A stretch of DNA of 64,000 nucleotides, taken from positions 244 to 64,243 of the forward strand of contig JBFMFY010000001.1 of the NCBI GenBank assembly GCA_040751955.1, in the 5' to 3' direction. The stretch's first letter is position 1. Each line of letters opens with the position of its first letter. The notes under the pieces are model-generated. The model ran no database searches. It was not told the DNA's origin and saw nothing but the letters and a program-made list of their open reading frames with translations. The DNA comes from Bacteroidota bacterium. GTDB taxonomy: Bacteria > Bacteroidota > Ignavibacteria > UBA10030 > UBA8401. A program made the translations under genes and the position numbers. Positions 27,847-36,484 of this stretch are shown piece after piece.

Positions 27847-29664
27847 ATGAAAATAATTCTTCACCTTCTGCTACTAACACTTTCTCTCAAAAGCCAGACC
27901 GCTTTTCGATTTGCACACATTTCCGATACTCATATCGGAAGCGCTACAGCGGCGGAAGATTTGCGGCGGACAGTGCATGACATCAACTCTCTTGGAAATA
28001 TTTCTTTTGCCATCCTCACCGGTGACATTACGGAATTCGGCGCTGACCATCAGCTACGGCTGGCAAAACAGATTCTGGACAGCCTGACGGTTCCGTGGTA
28101 CATCGTTCCGGGGAATCATGACATGAAATGGTCCGAATCCGGAGGGATTTCATTCTCAAAAATATTTGGAAGTGAACGGTTTGTGTTTGATCATGAAGAG
28201 TACACATTCCTCGGTCTCCATCAGGGTCCGCGCATGCGGATGGGGGATGCCTATTGGGCTACTGAAGATGTAGCGTGGCTTGATTCAGTATTGAGTGCAA
28301 TGAAAAATCCCAAACGACGATTTTTTATTGCAACACATTATCCGGCCGATTCCGGAATTGCAAATTGGGACGTGGTAACAACGCTGGTTCGCAAATATAA
28401 CATTCAGGCATTTCTCAACGGACACTGGCACAGGAATTATTTTGGCTACTTCGATGGAATTCCCGGTGTCGTGGGCAGATCGAACTTGCGCGCACGAGAT
28501 TCTGTTGGCGGTTACAATCTCGTCGAGGTACGGAATGATTCGATGATTTACTCAACGCGGATTCCGGGGAGAGAAACGAAACATCCCTGGGCAATTGTAC
28601 AACTCGGTGAACGCATTTATTTGTCCGACGGGAATATGCAAGCAAGAATCAATGCCGCATCAACAAATGTTCGTGTTGCATGGGAGGAAAGATTTCGGAC
28701 TTCCATGTCTGCTCCTCCTGCGGTGACAGATCGGTACCGAACATTTGCATTAATGGACGGTTCGGTTCATATCTACAAGGATGAGAAAAAAATTGCAACA
28801 CTCTACACACAGGCACCAATTGTAGCATCGCCGGCATTAGACAAATCCCGAATTGTCGTTGCATCCACCGACAGCAGCATTTCGTGTTATGAAATCACTA
28901 CACAAAAGATGATTTGGAAAGTGAAAACCGGTGCATCGGTTGTTGCAGTTCCGCTGATAGACGACGGTGTTGTGTATTGCGGTTCGAGCGACAGAAAATT
29001 CCGCGCGATCAATCTCAAGAAGGGCACACTGCTTTGGAGTTTTGATTCACTACAAGGTCATGTGGAAGCAAAACCGCTTATTGTCGATGAGAAGATAATT
29101 TTTGGTGCATGGGACGAGCATTTGTACTGCCTCGATAAAAAATCCGGAACGCTTCTCTGGAAATGGAAAGGAGACAAACCGGGCATTCTGTTATCTCCCG
29201 CTGCGTGTGAACCTGTCTCTGCGGGAGGAAAGGTCTTTATTGTTGCTCCTGATCGATACACGACTGCAATAGATATCATTACGGGAAAAGAAGTATGGCG
29301 CACAAACAGATTTCAAGTTCGGGAGACAATTGGGATGTCAGAAGATGGTGAAAGGGTGTACATCCGAACGATGAATGACTCGTTATACGCACTCTCAACT
29401 ATGAGCAACAAACCGGAAGTTATCTGGAATCTTCATGCGGGATTCGGGTACGATATTAATTCGGCTCAAATACGAGAGAAGGATGGCGTTCTCTTCTATG
29501 CGACCAAAAACGGGTTATTAATTGCTGTTGACGGGAAATCGGGGAGGTTGTTGTGGAAGATCAAAGTTGACAATGTCATTGCTCATACCCCAATTCCAAT
29601 TTCAAAAAACAAAGTCATATTTTCGAACATTATAGGGACGGTGTGCAAAGTAACTACAGATTGA
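27847..29664 (+). CDS. Secreted calcineurin-like metallophosphoesterase fused to a PQQ/BamB-like beta-propeller
   Basis: FRFAHISDTHIG, GDITEFG, GNHD, GHWH motifs. The C-terminal half has repeated propeller blades (VYCGSSDRKFRAINLKKGTLLW, HLYCLDKKSGTLLWKW, ...DGKSGRLLWK). Confidence 0.75.
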   Translation: MKIILHLLLLTLSLKSQTAFRFAHISDTHIGSATAAEDLRRTVHDINSLGNISFAILTGDITEFGADHQLRLAKQILDSLTVPWYIVPGNHDMKWSESGGISFSKIFGSERFVFDHEEYTFLGLHQGPRMRMGDAYWATEDVAWLDSVLSAMKNPKRRFFIATHYPADSGIANWDVVTTLVRKYNIQAFLNGHWHRNYFGYFDGIPGVVGRSNLRARDSVGGYNLVEVRNDSMIYSTRIPGRETKHPWAIVQLGERIYLSDGNMQARINAASTNVRVAWEERFRTSMSAPPAVTDRYRTFALMDGSVHIYKDEKKIATLYTQAPIVASPALDKSRIVVASTDSSISCYEITTQKMIWKVKTGASVVAVPLIDDGVVYCGSSDRKFRAINLKKGTLLWSFDSLQGHVEAKPLIVDEKIIFGAWDEHLYCLDKKSGTLLWKWKGDKPGILLSPAACEPVSAGGKVFIVAPDRYTTAIDIITGKEVWRTNRFQVRETIGMSEDGERVYIRTMNDSLYALSTMSNKPEVIWNLHAGFGYDINSAQIREKDGVLFYATKNGLLIAVDGKSGRLLWKIKVDNVIAHTPIPISKNKVIFSNIIGTVCKVTTD

Positions 29665-29703
29665 AAAGTTGAGAAAGCCTTTCCATACATCCACTTGTGT
29701 CAT

Positions 29704-29730
29704 AATGCCGCTTTTCGAGCGGCATTTTCT
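29704..29730 (+). terminator. Rho-independent terminator
   Basis: AATGCCGC / GCGGCATT with a 7-nt loop, then TTTCT. Confidence 0.7.
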
Positions 29731-29763
29731 ATGAAATGGACAAAGCGCTGGTATAAATGACTA

Positions 29764-29777
29764 TTAGAAATTTCTAA
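29764..29777. promoter_or_regulatory. Perfect 14-bp palindrome TTAGAAATTTCTAA (candidate operator) upstream of the sensor operon
   Basis: Self-complementary 14-mer about 100 nt upstream of the GTG at 29881. A half-site-like AAATTAGAA follows at 29782-29790. A second inverted repeat AGTATG..CATACT lies at 29790-29815. Confidence 0.3.
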
Positions 29778-29880
29778 TCGGAAATTAGAAGTATGTAAGT
29801 ATCAACTTGCATACTTTTGAACACTGTCGGATGCAGAAGCACCGCTTTGCCCCCAGCGAATAGAAAAATTCTGAGAGAGA

Positions 29881-30456
29881 GTGTTGAATAATACGATACT
29901 ATCCATACTACTATTGCTTTTTCTTTCAACAATTGTTACGAAGAGCCAAACGGTAGTTGTACCTGTCAACATTCATATTCCTATTCTTTTTAAAGCAATA
30001 AGTCTCGAAAAAAACATCAACAAACCGGATTTGGAAACATTTGTCGTTGGTGTCGCCTATGAAGAAGGGAACGAACGATCCGTCGGTATTAAAAATGAAA
30101 TACTCTCATTTGGGAAAAATGAAAAGTATGATTTGTTAGATGGTAAATCAGTTCGCTTCGAGGCGATTGATGTGAATACTACGAAGGACATACGGGAATT
30201 GCTCTATCAAATAAATCCTGCCGCACTTTATATTGCACCACTGAATCAAAATATGCTGCAGAAAGTTATGAGTGCAACACAAAAGGGAAAAGTACTTTCT
30301 ATAACCGGCGTTCCCGAGTACGTTGATGATGGAGTTTCGGTTGGCATCGGTATTAAAGGTGATTCTCCTGAAATCATCATCAACCTTGCGGCATCGAAAG
30401 AAGAAGGTGCTCAATTTAGCTCAAAAGTTTTGGGTCTTGCAAGAATTGTTCAGTAG
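29881..30456 (+). CDS. Periplasmic YfiR/DUF4154-like protein
   Basis: 191 aa with a signal peptide. The C-terminal IIINLAASKEEGAQFSSKVLGLARIV resembles the DUF4154 C-terminus. Located directly upstream of a histidine kinase, as is typical for this family. Confidence 0.5.
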   Translation: MLNNTILSILLLLFLSTIVTKSQTVVVPVNIHIPILFKAISLEKNINKPDLETFVVGVAYEEGNERSVGIKNEILSFGKNEKYDLLDGKSVRFEAIDVNTTKDIRELLYQINPAALYIAPLNQNMLQKVMSATQKGKVLSITGVPEYVDDGVSVGIGIKGDSPEIIINLAASKEEGAQFSSKVLGLARIVQ

Positions 30457-30470
30457 GTCGCAGGTATAGC

Positions 30471-32414
30471 ATGAACTTTACTCTTTCATTTAGGACCAGA
30501 CTCAACATAGTATTGACGATTGTGCTTGGTGCGATCTGTTCAATTGTCTATTTCTATGTTCCGGAGAAAATGGAAGAGCAATCGCTTCAAATTCTTCGCT
30601 CAAAAGCACGCACCATTGCTCAAATATCTGCTACCACTGCCGCTCCTGCGGTCTATTTTAACGATGCCGACGCTCTCGCCGAAGTCGTACGAATAGCACA
30701 AAATAATACAGACCTTCGATTCCTGATCATCACCGACCACACATCCCAATTGACTGCGGGACACAACGTTGAGCAGGCGCTTACGTTGAATTACCGGCTG
30801 GCAAATCCTTCCGGAATAATTTCGTCCGATCAGCGGACATTCATGATATCCACAAATATTGTCATGAACGGAAAACCGATCGGGACAATGTACATCGGTG
30901 TCGGTCTTGATGAAATGTTAGCAGAGATAGACGGAAGCAGACAATTGCTGCTTGCAGTCTGTCTGTTCGTAATGTGTATCGGTATCGTACTGGTGCATGG
31001 TATGAGCTATTTTATTACGAGACCGATCGATTCGATGGTTGCCATCTTTCGCCACATAGCGGAAGGAGATTACACAAAACGTGTTGATATGACAGCAATG
31101 AAGGAAACAGACCGGCTTGCTGAATCATTCAACAGCATGGCTGATTCCGTACAGAAAGCACAGAGCGAGCTGCATCTTGCAAATAAAACCCTTGAGTACA
31201 GGGTTGCCGAACGGACAAGGGACCTTCAGCGGGAGATCCAACAGCACAAAATGACAGAGCTTGCATTACGCGAGAGTGAGGAAAGGTACAGGACATTGAT
31301 AGACCTTTCTCCCGACGGCATCGCCGTACACGACGAAGAGAAATTTGTTTTCGTCAATTCATCAATGACCACGTTGCTGAAATCGCACGGTTCGGCAGAA
31401 TTGCTGAAATTATCCATTTTGGATTTTCTTCCCGAAGGACGAAGAACAGAATTCCGGGAACATTTAATTCGCCTGTTGTACGGTACGGAACAGACACTCA
31501 TCACAGAAGAAACACTGCTCCTTTCCGACGGCTCACACATCGTAGCAGAAATTGCAGCGACCAAACTCAGTTTTCAAGGAAATCCTTCCATTCAAATCGT
31601 CATCCGTGATATTACTCAAAGAATTAAGAATGAAAAGCGCCGAGCGATGCTTGAGAAACAAATGGTACAGGCACAAAAAATGGAAAGCATCGGTACGCTG
31701 GCAAGCGGCATATCCCACGACTTCTCCAATATTCTTTCGATCATTGTTACCGGCGTAAATAAATTGACTTTTCTCAAAGAGGTGAATAGAGAATCGATCG
31801 CAGAAATTGCTGAACATATCACTCGCGCGGCAAACAGAGGGAGCGCTCTGGTGAAGCAATTGCTCACATTTGCCAAAAAGAACGAGATCAAATTCGAAAC
31901 ACTCTCCATCAATCCCATCATCCTGGAAATTGCCAAAGTATTGCAGCAGACGTTCCCTCAGAATATTTCGTTCGATGTGAGACTGGCGGCGAACCTCAAG
32001 CAGATCAAGGCGGACAGCAACCAGATACATCAGGTAATGTTGAATTTATGCCTGAATGCCCGCGATGCAATGCCGAACGGCGGCAGGTTAGTCATTGAAA
32101 CGGAGAACATCCCGACTGCTTCAATCAATCATGCCGGACTCAAGATCAATGAATCAGAATGTATCTGTGTGAAAGTATCCGATACAGGAATCGGCATGTC
32201 TGACGAAATGAAGAAAAGAATTTTTGAACCTTTTTACACCACAAAAGAACAGGGGAAAGGTTCAGGACTCGGGCTTGCAATGGTGTACGGAATCATTGAA
32301 GGCCATCGGGGGGTGATCGATGTAGTTTCAAAGGAGGGGGAAGGAACAATGTTCTGTATCTATTTTCCCGCACTGAGCGAAGAACCTATTTTTCCAAAAA
32401 TAAAAGCCGCTTAA
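30471..32414 (+). CDS. Sensor histidine kinase (2 TM, periplasmic domain, HAMP, PAS, HisKA, HATPase_c); no receiver domain
   Basis: H-box GISHDFSNIL, N-box LNLCLNARDAM, G-boxes DTGIGM and GSGLGLA. PAS region SEERYRTLIDLSPDGIAVHD. Confidence 0.9.
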   Translation: MNFTLSFRTRLNIVLTIVLGAICSIVYFYVPEKMEEQSLQILRSKARTIAQISATTAAPAVYFNDADALAEVVRIAQNNTDLRFLIITDHTSQLTAGHNVEQALTLNYRLANPSGIISSDQRTFMISTNIVMNGKPIGTMYIGVGLDEMLAEIDGSRQLLLAVCLFVMCIGIVLVHGMSYFITRPIDSMVAIFRHIAEGDYTKRVDMTAMKETDRLAESFNSMADSVQKAQSELHLANKTLEYRVAERTRDLQREIQQHKMTELALRESEERYRTLIDLSPDGIAVHDEEKFVFVNSSMTTLLKSHGSAELLKLSILDFLPEGRRTEFREHLIRLLYGTEQTLITEETLLLSDGSHIVAEIAATKLSFQGNPSIQIVIRDITQRIKNEKRRAMLEKQMVQAQKMESIGTLASGISHDFSNILSIIVTGVNKLTFLKEVNRESIAEIAEHITRAANRGSALVKQLLTFAKKNEIKFETLSINPIILEIAKVLQQTFPQNISFDVRLAANLKQIKADSNQIHQVMLNLCLNARDAMPNGGRLVIETENIPTASINHAGLKINESECICVKVSDTGIGMSDEMKKRIFEPFYTTKEQGKGSGLGLAMVYGIIEGHRGVIDVVSKEGEGTMFCIYFPALSEEPIFPKIKAA

Positions 32415-32435
32415 TGCGGCTTCATGTTTTTTTGG
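32404..32435. terminator. Bidirectional terminator between the convergent kinase and PiT genes
   Basis: AAGCCGC / GCGGCTT hairpin with the kinase stop codon in the loop, followed by catgttttttt. Confidence 0.6.
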
Positions 32436-32448
32436 ATTGAAATTTGTA

Positions 32449-33441
32449 TTAAAGAAAAATCTCCGTCAGCCAATAAGTTATTGCTCCAATAGCCGCTGAT
32501 GTCGGTATTGTTAAAATCCAGGCGATGATTATTTTTCCTGCAATGCCCCACCGAACTGCTGAGAGTCGCTTCGTTGCCCCGACTCCCATAATAGAGCCGG
32601 CGATTGTATGAGTGGTGGAAACCGGAATGCCTGCAATTGCTGTTCCCAGTAAAACAAGCGACCCTGCTCCTTCCGCACAAAATCCTCCGACCGGTTTCAG
32701 GTGAGTGAGTTTCACTCCAAGAGTTCCAATCACCTTCCATCCTCCCAGCAAAGTACCAAGTCCGATCGCGCTGTGAGCAGTAATAATTACCCACCACGGA
32801 ACGTACATTTCTCCCCCTTGAAAATATCCTGTTGAATACAGAAGAATGGTGATAATGCCCATTGTTTTTTGAGCGTCGTTGGTACCATGCCCCAAGCTGT
32901 ATGCGGCAGATGAAACAAGCTGACCTACACGGAAAAATTTATCCACACGTCGAACATTCCAATCTTTGAAGAGCCATGTCACAACGATCATCAACAAGAA
33001 CGCCATCAAAAGCCCGATGGTCGGTGAAAGAAAAATAAAGATGACGACTTTCGTGATACCCTCGAAATTTAACGCTGCTATTCCTGCTTTAAAAAGACCC
33101 GCTCCTGCAAGTCCGCCGATGAGTGCGTGCGAAACGCTGATCGGATACCCGTAGTGCGTACACAAATGAGTCCAGATGATTGCTCCGACAAGCGCTGCAA
33201 AAATAAATTCAGGGGTAACGATCGATGGATCGACAATTCCTTTCCCGATAGTTTTTGCAACCGCAACACCGAATCCGAATGCGGCTGCAAAATTGAAGAA
33301 TGCAGCCCACAGAACTGCGATGCGGGGGGAAAGGACCTTGGTGGAAACGACGGTGGCGATCGAATTTGCCGCATCATTCATGCCGTTGAGAAAATCGAAC
33401 AGCAGTGCGATGACGATGATGAAGATGACGAATACATCCAT
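32449..33441 (-). CDS. pit: Inorganic phosphate transporter, PiT family
   Basis: NGMNDAANSIAT and GTNDAQKTMGII PHO4 signatures. Polytopic membrane protein. Confidence 0.92.
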   Translation of the reverse strand: MDVFVIFIIVIALLFDFLNGMNDAANSIATVVSTKVLSPRIAVLWAAFFNFAAAFGFGVAVAKTIGKGIVDPSIVTPEFIFAALVGAIIWTHLCTHYGYPISVSHALIGGLAGAGLFKAGIAALNFEGITKVVIFIFLSPTIGLLMAFLLMIVVTWLFKDWNVRRVDKFFRVGQLVSSAAYSLGHGTNDAQKTMGIITILLYSTGYFQGGEMYVPWWVIITAHSAIGLGTLLGGWKVIGTLGVKLTHLKPVGGFCAEGAGSLVLLGTAIAGIPVSTTHTIAGSIMGVGATKRLSAVRWGIAGKIIIAWILTIPTSAAIGAITYWLTEIFL

Positions 33442-33458
33442 GGTGGTGTCGTCCTTCC

Positions 33459-34103
33459 TTATGCTTGTTTGATCATGATCGCTTCAAGCACATTGGCGAC
33501 ATCTTCACATTTGTCGGTAGCGGTTTCAAGAGAGACGAGGACTTCTTTATTCTTGATTAACTCGATTGCATTTTCTTCGTTGTCGAATAGTTCTGCAATC
33601 GATTGGTCGAAGATCGCATCGGCATCGTTTTCATACTGATTGACCTTTTGGAGAATTTTGTTAAGATCGTCGATGCGCCGAAAATCGCTCAACAATGCAA
33701 TTCCCCTCTGAATTTCAATGGATGATTGATAGATAATATCAGTGAGGCGTTGAATATCGGCGGAATTTTTTTTGATCTTGTAAAGGTGGAAGCGTTGTGC
33801 GGATCCATCAATATAATCGATGACATCATCGAGCATCGATGCGAGTTTGTGTATATCCTCTCTGTCGAACGGCGTAACAAACGAACTGTTCAGTTCAGTA
33901 AAAATCTCGTGAGTGATGGAATCACCCTTGTGCTCAAGCTCTTTGATCTTGTCCACAACAGGCTGCCTCTCTGTCTTAGATAAACTTGGCAGTGAACGCA
34001 ACGTTTCGGCAGATTCAACTAATGTGCGCGCAAGGTTATCAAAGAGCACAAAAAATTTTTCGTCATGGGGGAGAAGTGATTGTATGATTCTGTCGAGTCT
34101 CAT
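33459..34103 (-). CDS. DUF47 / PhoU-like phosphate transport regulator (PiT-associated)
   Basis: 214 aa helical protein of the DUF47 type, in the conserved position upstream of pit. Confidence 0.8.
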   Translation of the reverse strand: MRLDRIIQSLLPHDEKFFVLFDNLARTLVESAETLRSLPSLSKTERQPVVDKIKELEHKGDSITHEIFTELNSSFVTPFDREDIHKLASMLDDVIDYIDGSAQRFHLYKIKKNSADIQRLTDIIYQSSIEIQRGIALLSDFRRIDDLNKILQKVNQYENDADAIFDQSIAELFDNEENAIELIKNKEVLVSLETATDKCEDVANVLEAIMIKQA

Positions 34104-34273
34104 ATAAGGTCCGCGGAAATGTTGAACATTCTCTGAAATTGCGTTGAAACATACCCAAGTTTATCTTAAAAAGAAAGCTCCCGCAGATAATAAATTGCGG
34201 TTAAAATTTGAAATTGCAGTTTTTTTCGCCTACTTTTTTGCAGTTCACTCATCATTGTCATGAGGCTTATCAA

Positions 34274-35407
34274 ATGAAAAATACGCGCCGCTCTTTTTTT
34301 ACCACGTCACTGCTTGCAATGGGAACTGCTTTGATGTCTCGTCCTTCCAAAGCGTTTCCGTTGTTCAACATCAATACGAAGACGAATAAAAAAATGAAAC
34401 TCAGTTTCAGACCGTACACACTCGAACTGCGGCACACGTTTACTGTTGCAACAATGAGCCGCACAACAACACCGGCAGTACTGACTGAAATAGAGTACGA
34501 CGGTGTTGTCGGTTATGGGGAAGCATCTATGCCGCCGTATCTCGGCGAATCGCAGGAAAGCGTCATGGCATTCTTGAAGCGTGTCGATCTTTCCAAATAC
34601 GAAAATCCGTTCGACCTGGAAACAATTCTTGCCGATATTGATGTGCTTGCGTTCCATAATACTTCTGCGAAGGCTGCAATCGACATTGCGCTCCATGACT
34701 TGGTAGGGAAATTAATGGGACAGCCGTGGTACAACATCTGGGGATTCGACAAAAACAAAGCGCCGAACACAACATTCACAATCGGTATCGACAAAGCGGA
34801 TGTTGTTCGGGAAAAAACAAAAGAGGCTGCAGGATTTAAAATATTAAAAGTGAAACTGGGGAAGGATAACGACAGGGAGATGATCGAAACGATTCGCTCC
34901 GTTACGGATGTGCCATTGACAGCCGACCCGAATCAAGGATGGAAAGACAAATTTTATGCCCTGGATATGATCCACTGGTTGAAGGAGAAAGGTGTGCAAT
35001 ATATTGAGCAGCCGATGGCGAAGGAAAAGTACGATGACCATGCGTGGTTGACGGAGCGAAGTCCGCTGCCGATCCTTGCGGATGAAAGCTGCCAGCGGCT
35101 CAACGACATCAGCAAAATTAAAGGAGCATACAACGGCATCGTCATTAAATTGATGAAGTGCACGGGAATGCGTGAGGCACACAAAATGTTGACACTTGCA
35201 AAAGCATACAACATGAAAGTGTTAATCGGCTGCATGACTGAGACTTCATGCGCTATTTCCGCCGCATCTCATCTCTCGCCGATGTGCGATTGGGCAGACC
35301 TCGACGGAATGTTGCTCATCAAGAACGATGTCTTCAACGGAACGACGGTTGTGGATGGAAAGCTGACGCTGACTGATTTACCTGGAATTGGTGTGAAGAA
35401 AATTTAA
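34274..35407 (+). CDS. Dipeptide (L-Ala-D/L-Glu-type) epimerase, enolase superfamily MLE subgroup, with a Tat-like signal peptide
   Basis: KxK motif ILKVKLG; metal ligands DPNQGW, IEQP, LADES; second Lys in KLMKCTG. Start moved to the ATG at 34274, giving MKNTRRSFFTTSLLAMGTALMSRPSKA. Confidence 0.8.
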   Translation: MKNTRRSFFTTSLLAMGTALMSRPSKAFPLFNINTKTNKKMKLSFRPYTLELRHTFTVATMSRTTTPAVLTEIEYDGVVGYGEASMPPYLGESQESVMAFLKRVDLSKYENPFDLETILADIDVLAFHNTSAKAAIDIALHDLVGKLMGQPWYNIWGFDKNKAPNTTFTIGIDKADVVREKTKEAAGFKILKVKLGKDNDREMIETIRSVTDVPLTADPNQGWKDKFYALDMIHWLKEKGVQYIEQPMAKEKYDDHAWLTERSPLPILADESCQRLNDISKIKGAYNGIVIKLMKCTGMREAHKMLTLAKAYNMKVLIGCMTETSCAISAASHLSPMCDWADLDGMLLIKNDVFNGTTVVDGKLTLTDLPGIGVKKI

Positions 35408-35445
35408 TTGACAGCGAAGCGATACCATGATCCATAGTTATCGCA

Positions 35446-36261
35446 TCATTTTCGATTCTGAATTTCCCACAACAGCACCGCACTTGCGCTGGCGACATTC
35501 AGCGAATCAATCCCTTCTTTCATTGGAATTGTTACGAACGCATCGCACAAATCTAACACTTCTTTTGAGATGCCATGCCCTTCTGCGCCAAGCACAATAC
35601 AAATTTTTTTTGAAAAGTGGACGGAACGAATGTCGGTGCTTATAGTGTTTGGATGTGCTGCGTAGAATTTTAATCCTGAACGTTTCAGAGAATCAATGTC
35701 GCTTCTGGCGTTTGTGAGATATGTGATTGGCATCTGGAATATATTTCCCATCGAATTCCGGACCGATCTCCGCAAATATGGATCGCATGAACTTGGCAGC
35801 GTGAGAATTGCATCGACTGCAAAACAGGCGCAGTTCCGTACGATTACTCCCATATTTTCTGCATTAACAATCCCATCAATCAAGACGCAAAGAAAATTAT
35901 CTTTTTCCTCAATTATTTGAACAAGTTCAGTGATCGGAACTCCTTTTGGCACTTTAGCAATTCCCATTATCGCTTGGTGCAATTCGTGTCCGACAATCGA
36001 ATTAAGCAACCGTTTCTCTCCGATAAATATTTTGATCGGATCCGGATGCTGTTCAATTGTTGCTCGATGTTGTGCAAACCACTGTTCAGTCAAAAGAAGC
36101 GAGAAGAGACGGATGCCGCTCGCCAGCAGCCTTGAAACCACTTTCTCCCCTTCAGCAACAAAAATTCCTTTCTGCAAATGTTCGAGCGGCCTTTTAAGAG
36201 TTCGGTACGGTTCAAGTTCGGGCATCTCGAGCGATCTGATATGTTCAATTCTCGCTATCAT
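35446..36261 (-). CDS. TrmH/SpoU-family RNA 2'-O-methyltransferase
   Basis: IVLGAEGHGIS and IPM..IDSLNVASA motifs. Confidence 0.85.
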   Translation of the reverse strand: MIARIEHIRSLEMPELEPYRTLKRPLEHLQKGIFVAEGEKVVSRLLASGIRLFSLLLTEQWFAQHRATIEQHPDPIKIFIGEKRLLNSIVGHELHQAIMGIAKVPKGVPITELVQIIEEKDNFLCVLIDGIVNAENMGVIVRNCACFAVDAILTLPSSCDPYLRRSVRNSMGNIFQMPITYLTNARSDIDSLKRSGLKFYAAHPNTISTDIRSVHFSKKICIVLGAEGHGISKEVLDLCDAFVTIPMKEGIDSLNVASASAVLLWEIQNRK

Positions 36262-36344
36262 TCTTTGAAGTCAGTCAAATCTTTGGTATTTTAAGTGGTG
36301 TCTCAGTTTGATTGCTTAGATATTTCTTCAAGAAAAAATTCTTC

Positions 36345-36398
36345 ATGCTGAACTTATTTCAGCATCGAATGTAGATCCCGAAACGAGTTCAGGGTGAT
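36345..36398. repeat. Two adjacent REP-like hairpins in the trmH-gltX divergent spacer
   Basis: Perfect ATGCTGAA-cttat-TTCAGCAT (36345-36365), then imperfect ATCCCGAAAC..GTTCAGGGTGAT (36374-36398). Confidence 0.45.
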
Positions 36399-36484
36399 GA
36401 AACTGTGACACTACCGTATTTTATTCTCGCTATTGTTAAATCTGTGAATCTGTAGTTTCGCGTTTTTGAAAGGTTTATTCTGTA

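Noticed and set aside
29830-29850. Sigma54-like -24/-12 element (GCAC..TTGC) upstream of the sensor operon
   Set aside because: The -24 GG is replaced and the spacing is off by one, so it is not a credible match.
33127-33639. 170-aa plus-strand ORF (and 33176-33472)
   Set aside because: It is antisense to the PiT transporter and DUF47 genes, which have unambiguous signatures.
35408-35445. Weak hairpin GCGATA/TATCGC between the convergent epimerase and trmH genes
   Set aside because: It has only a 6-bp stem with a 14-nt loop and no T-run, which is too weak to call a terminator.
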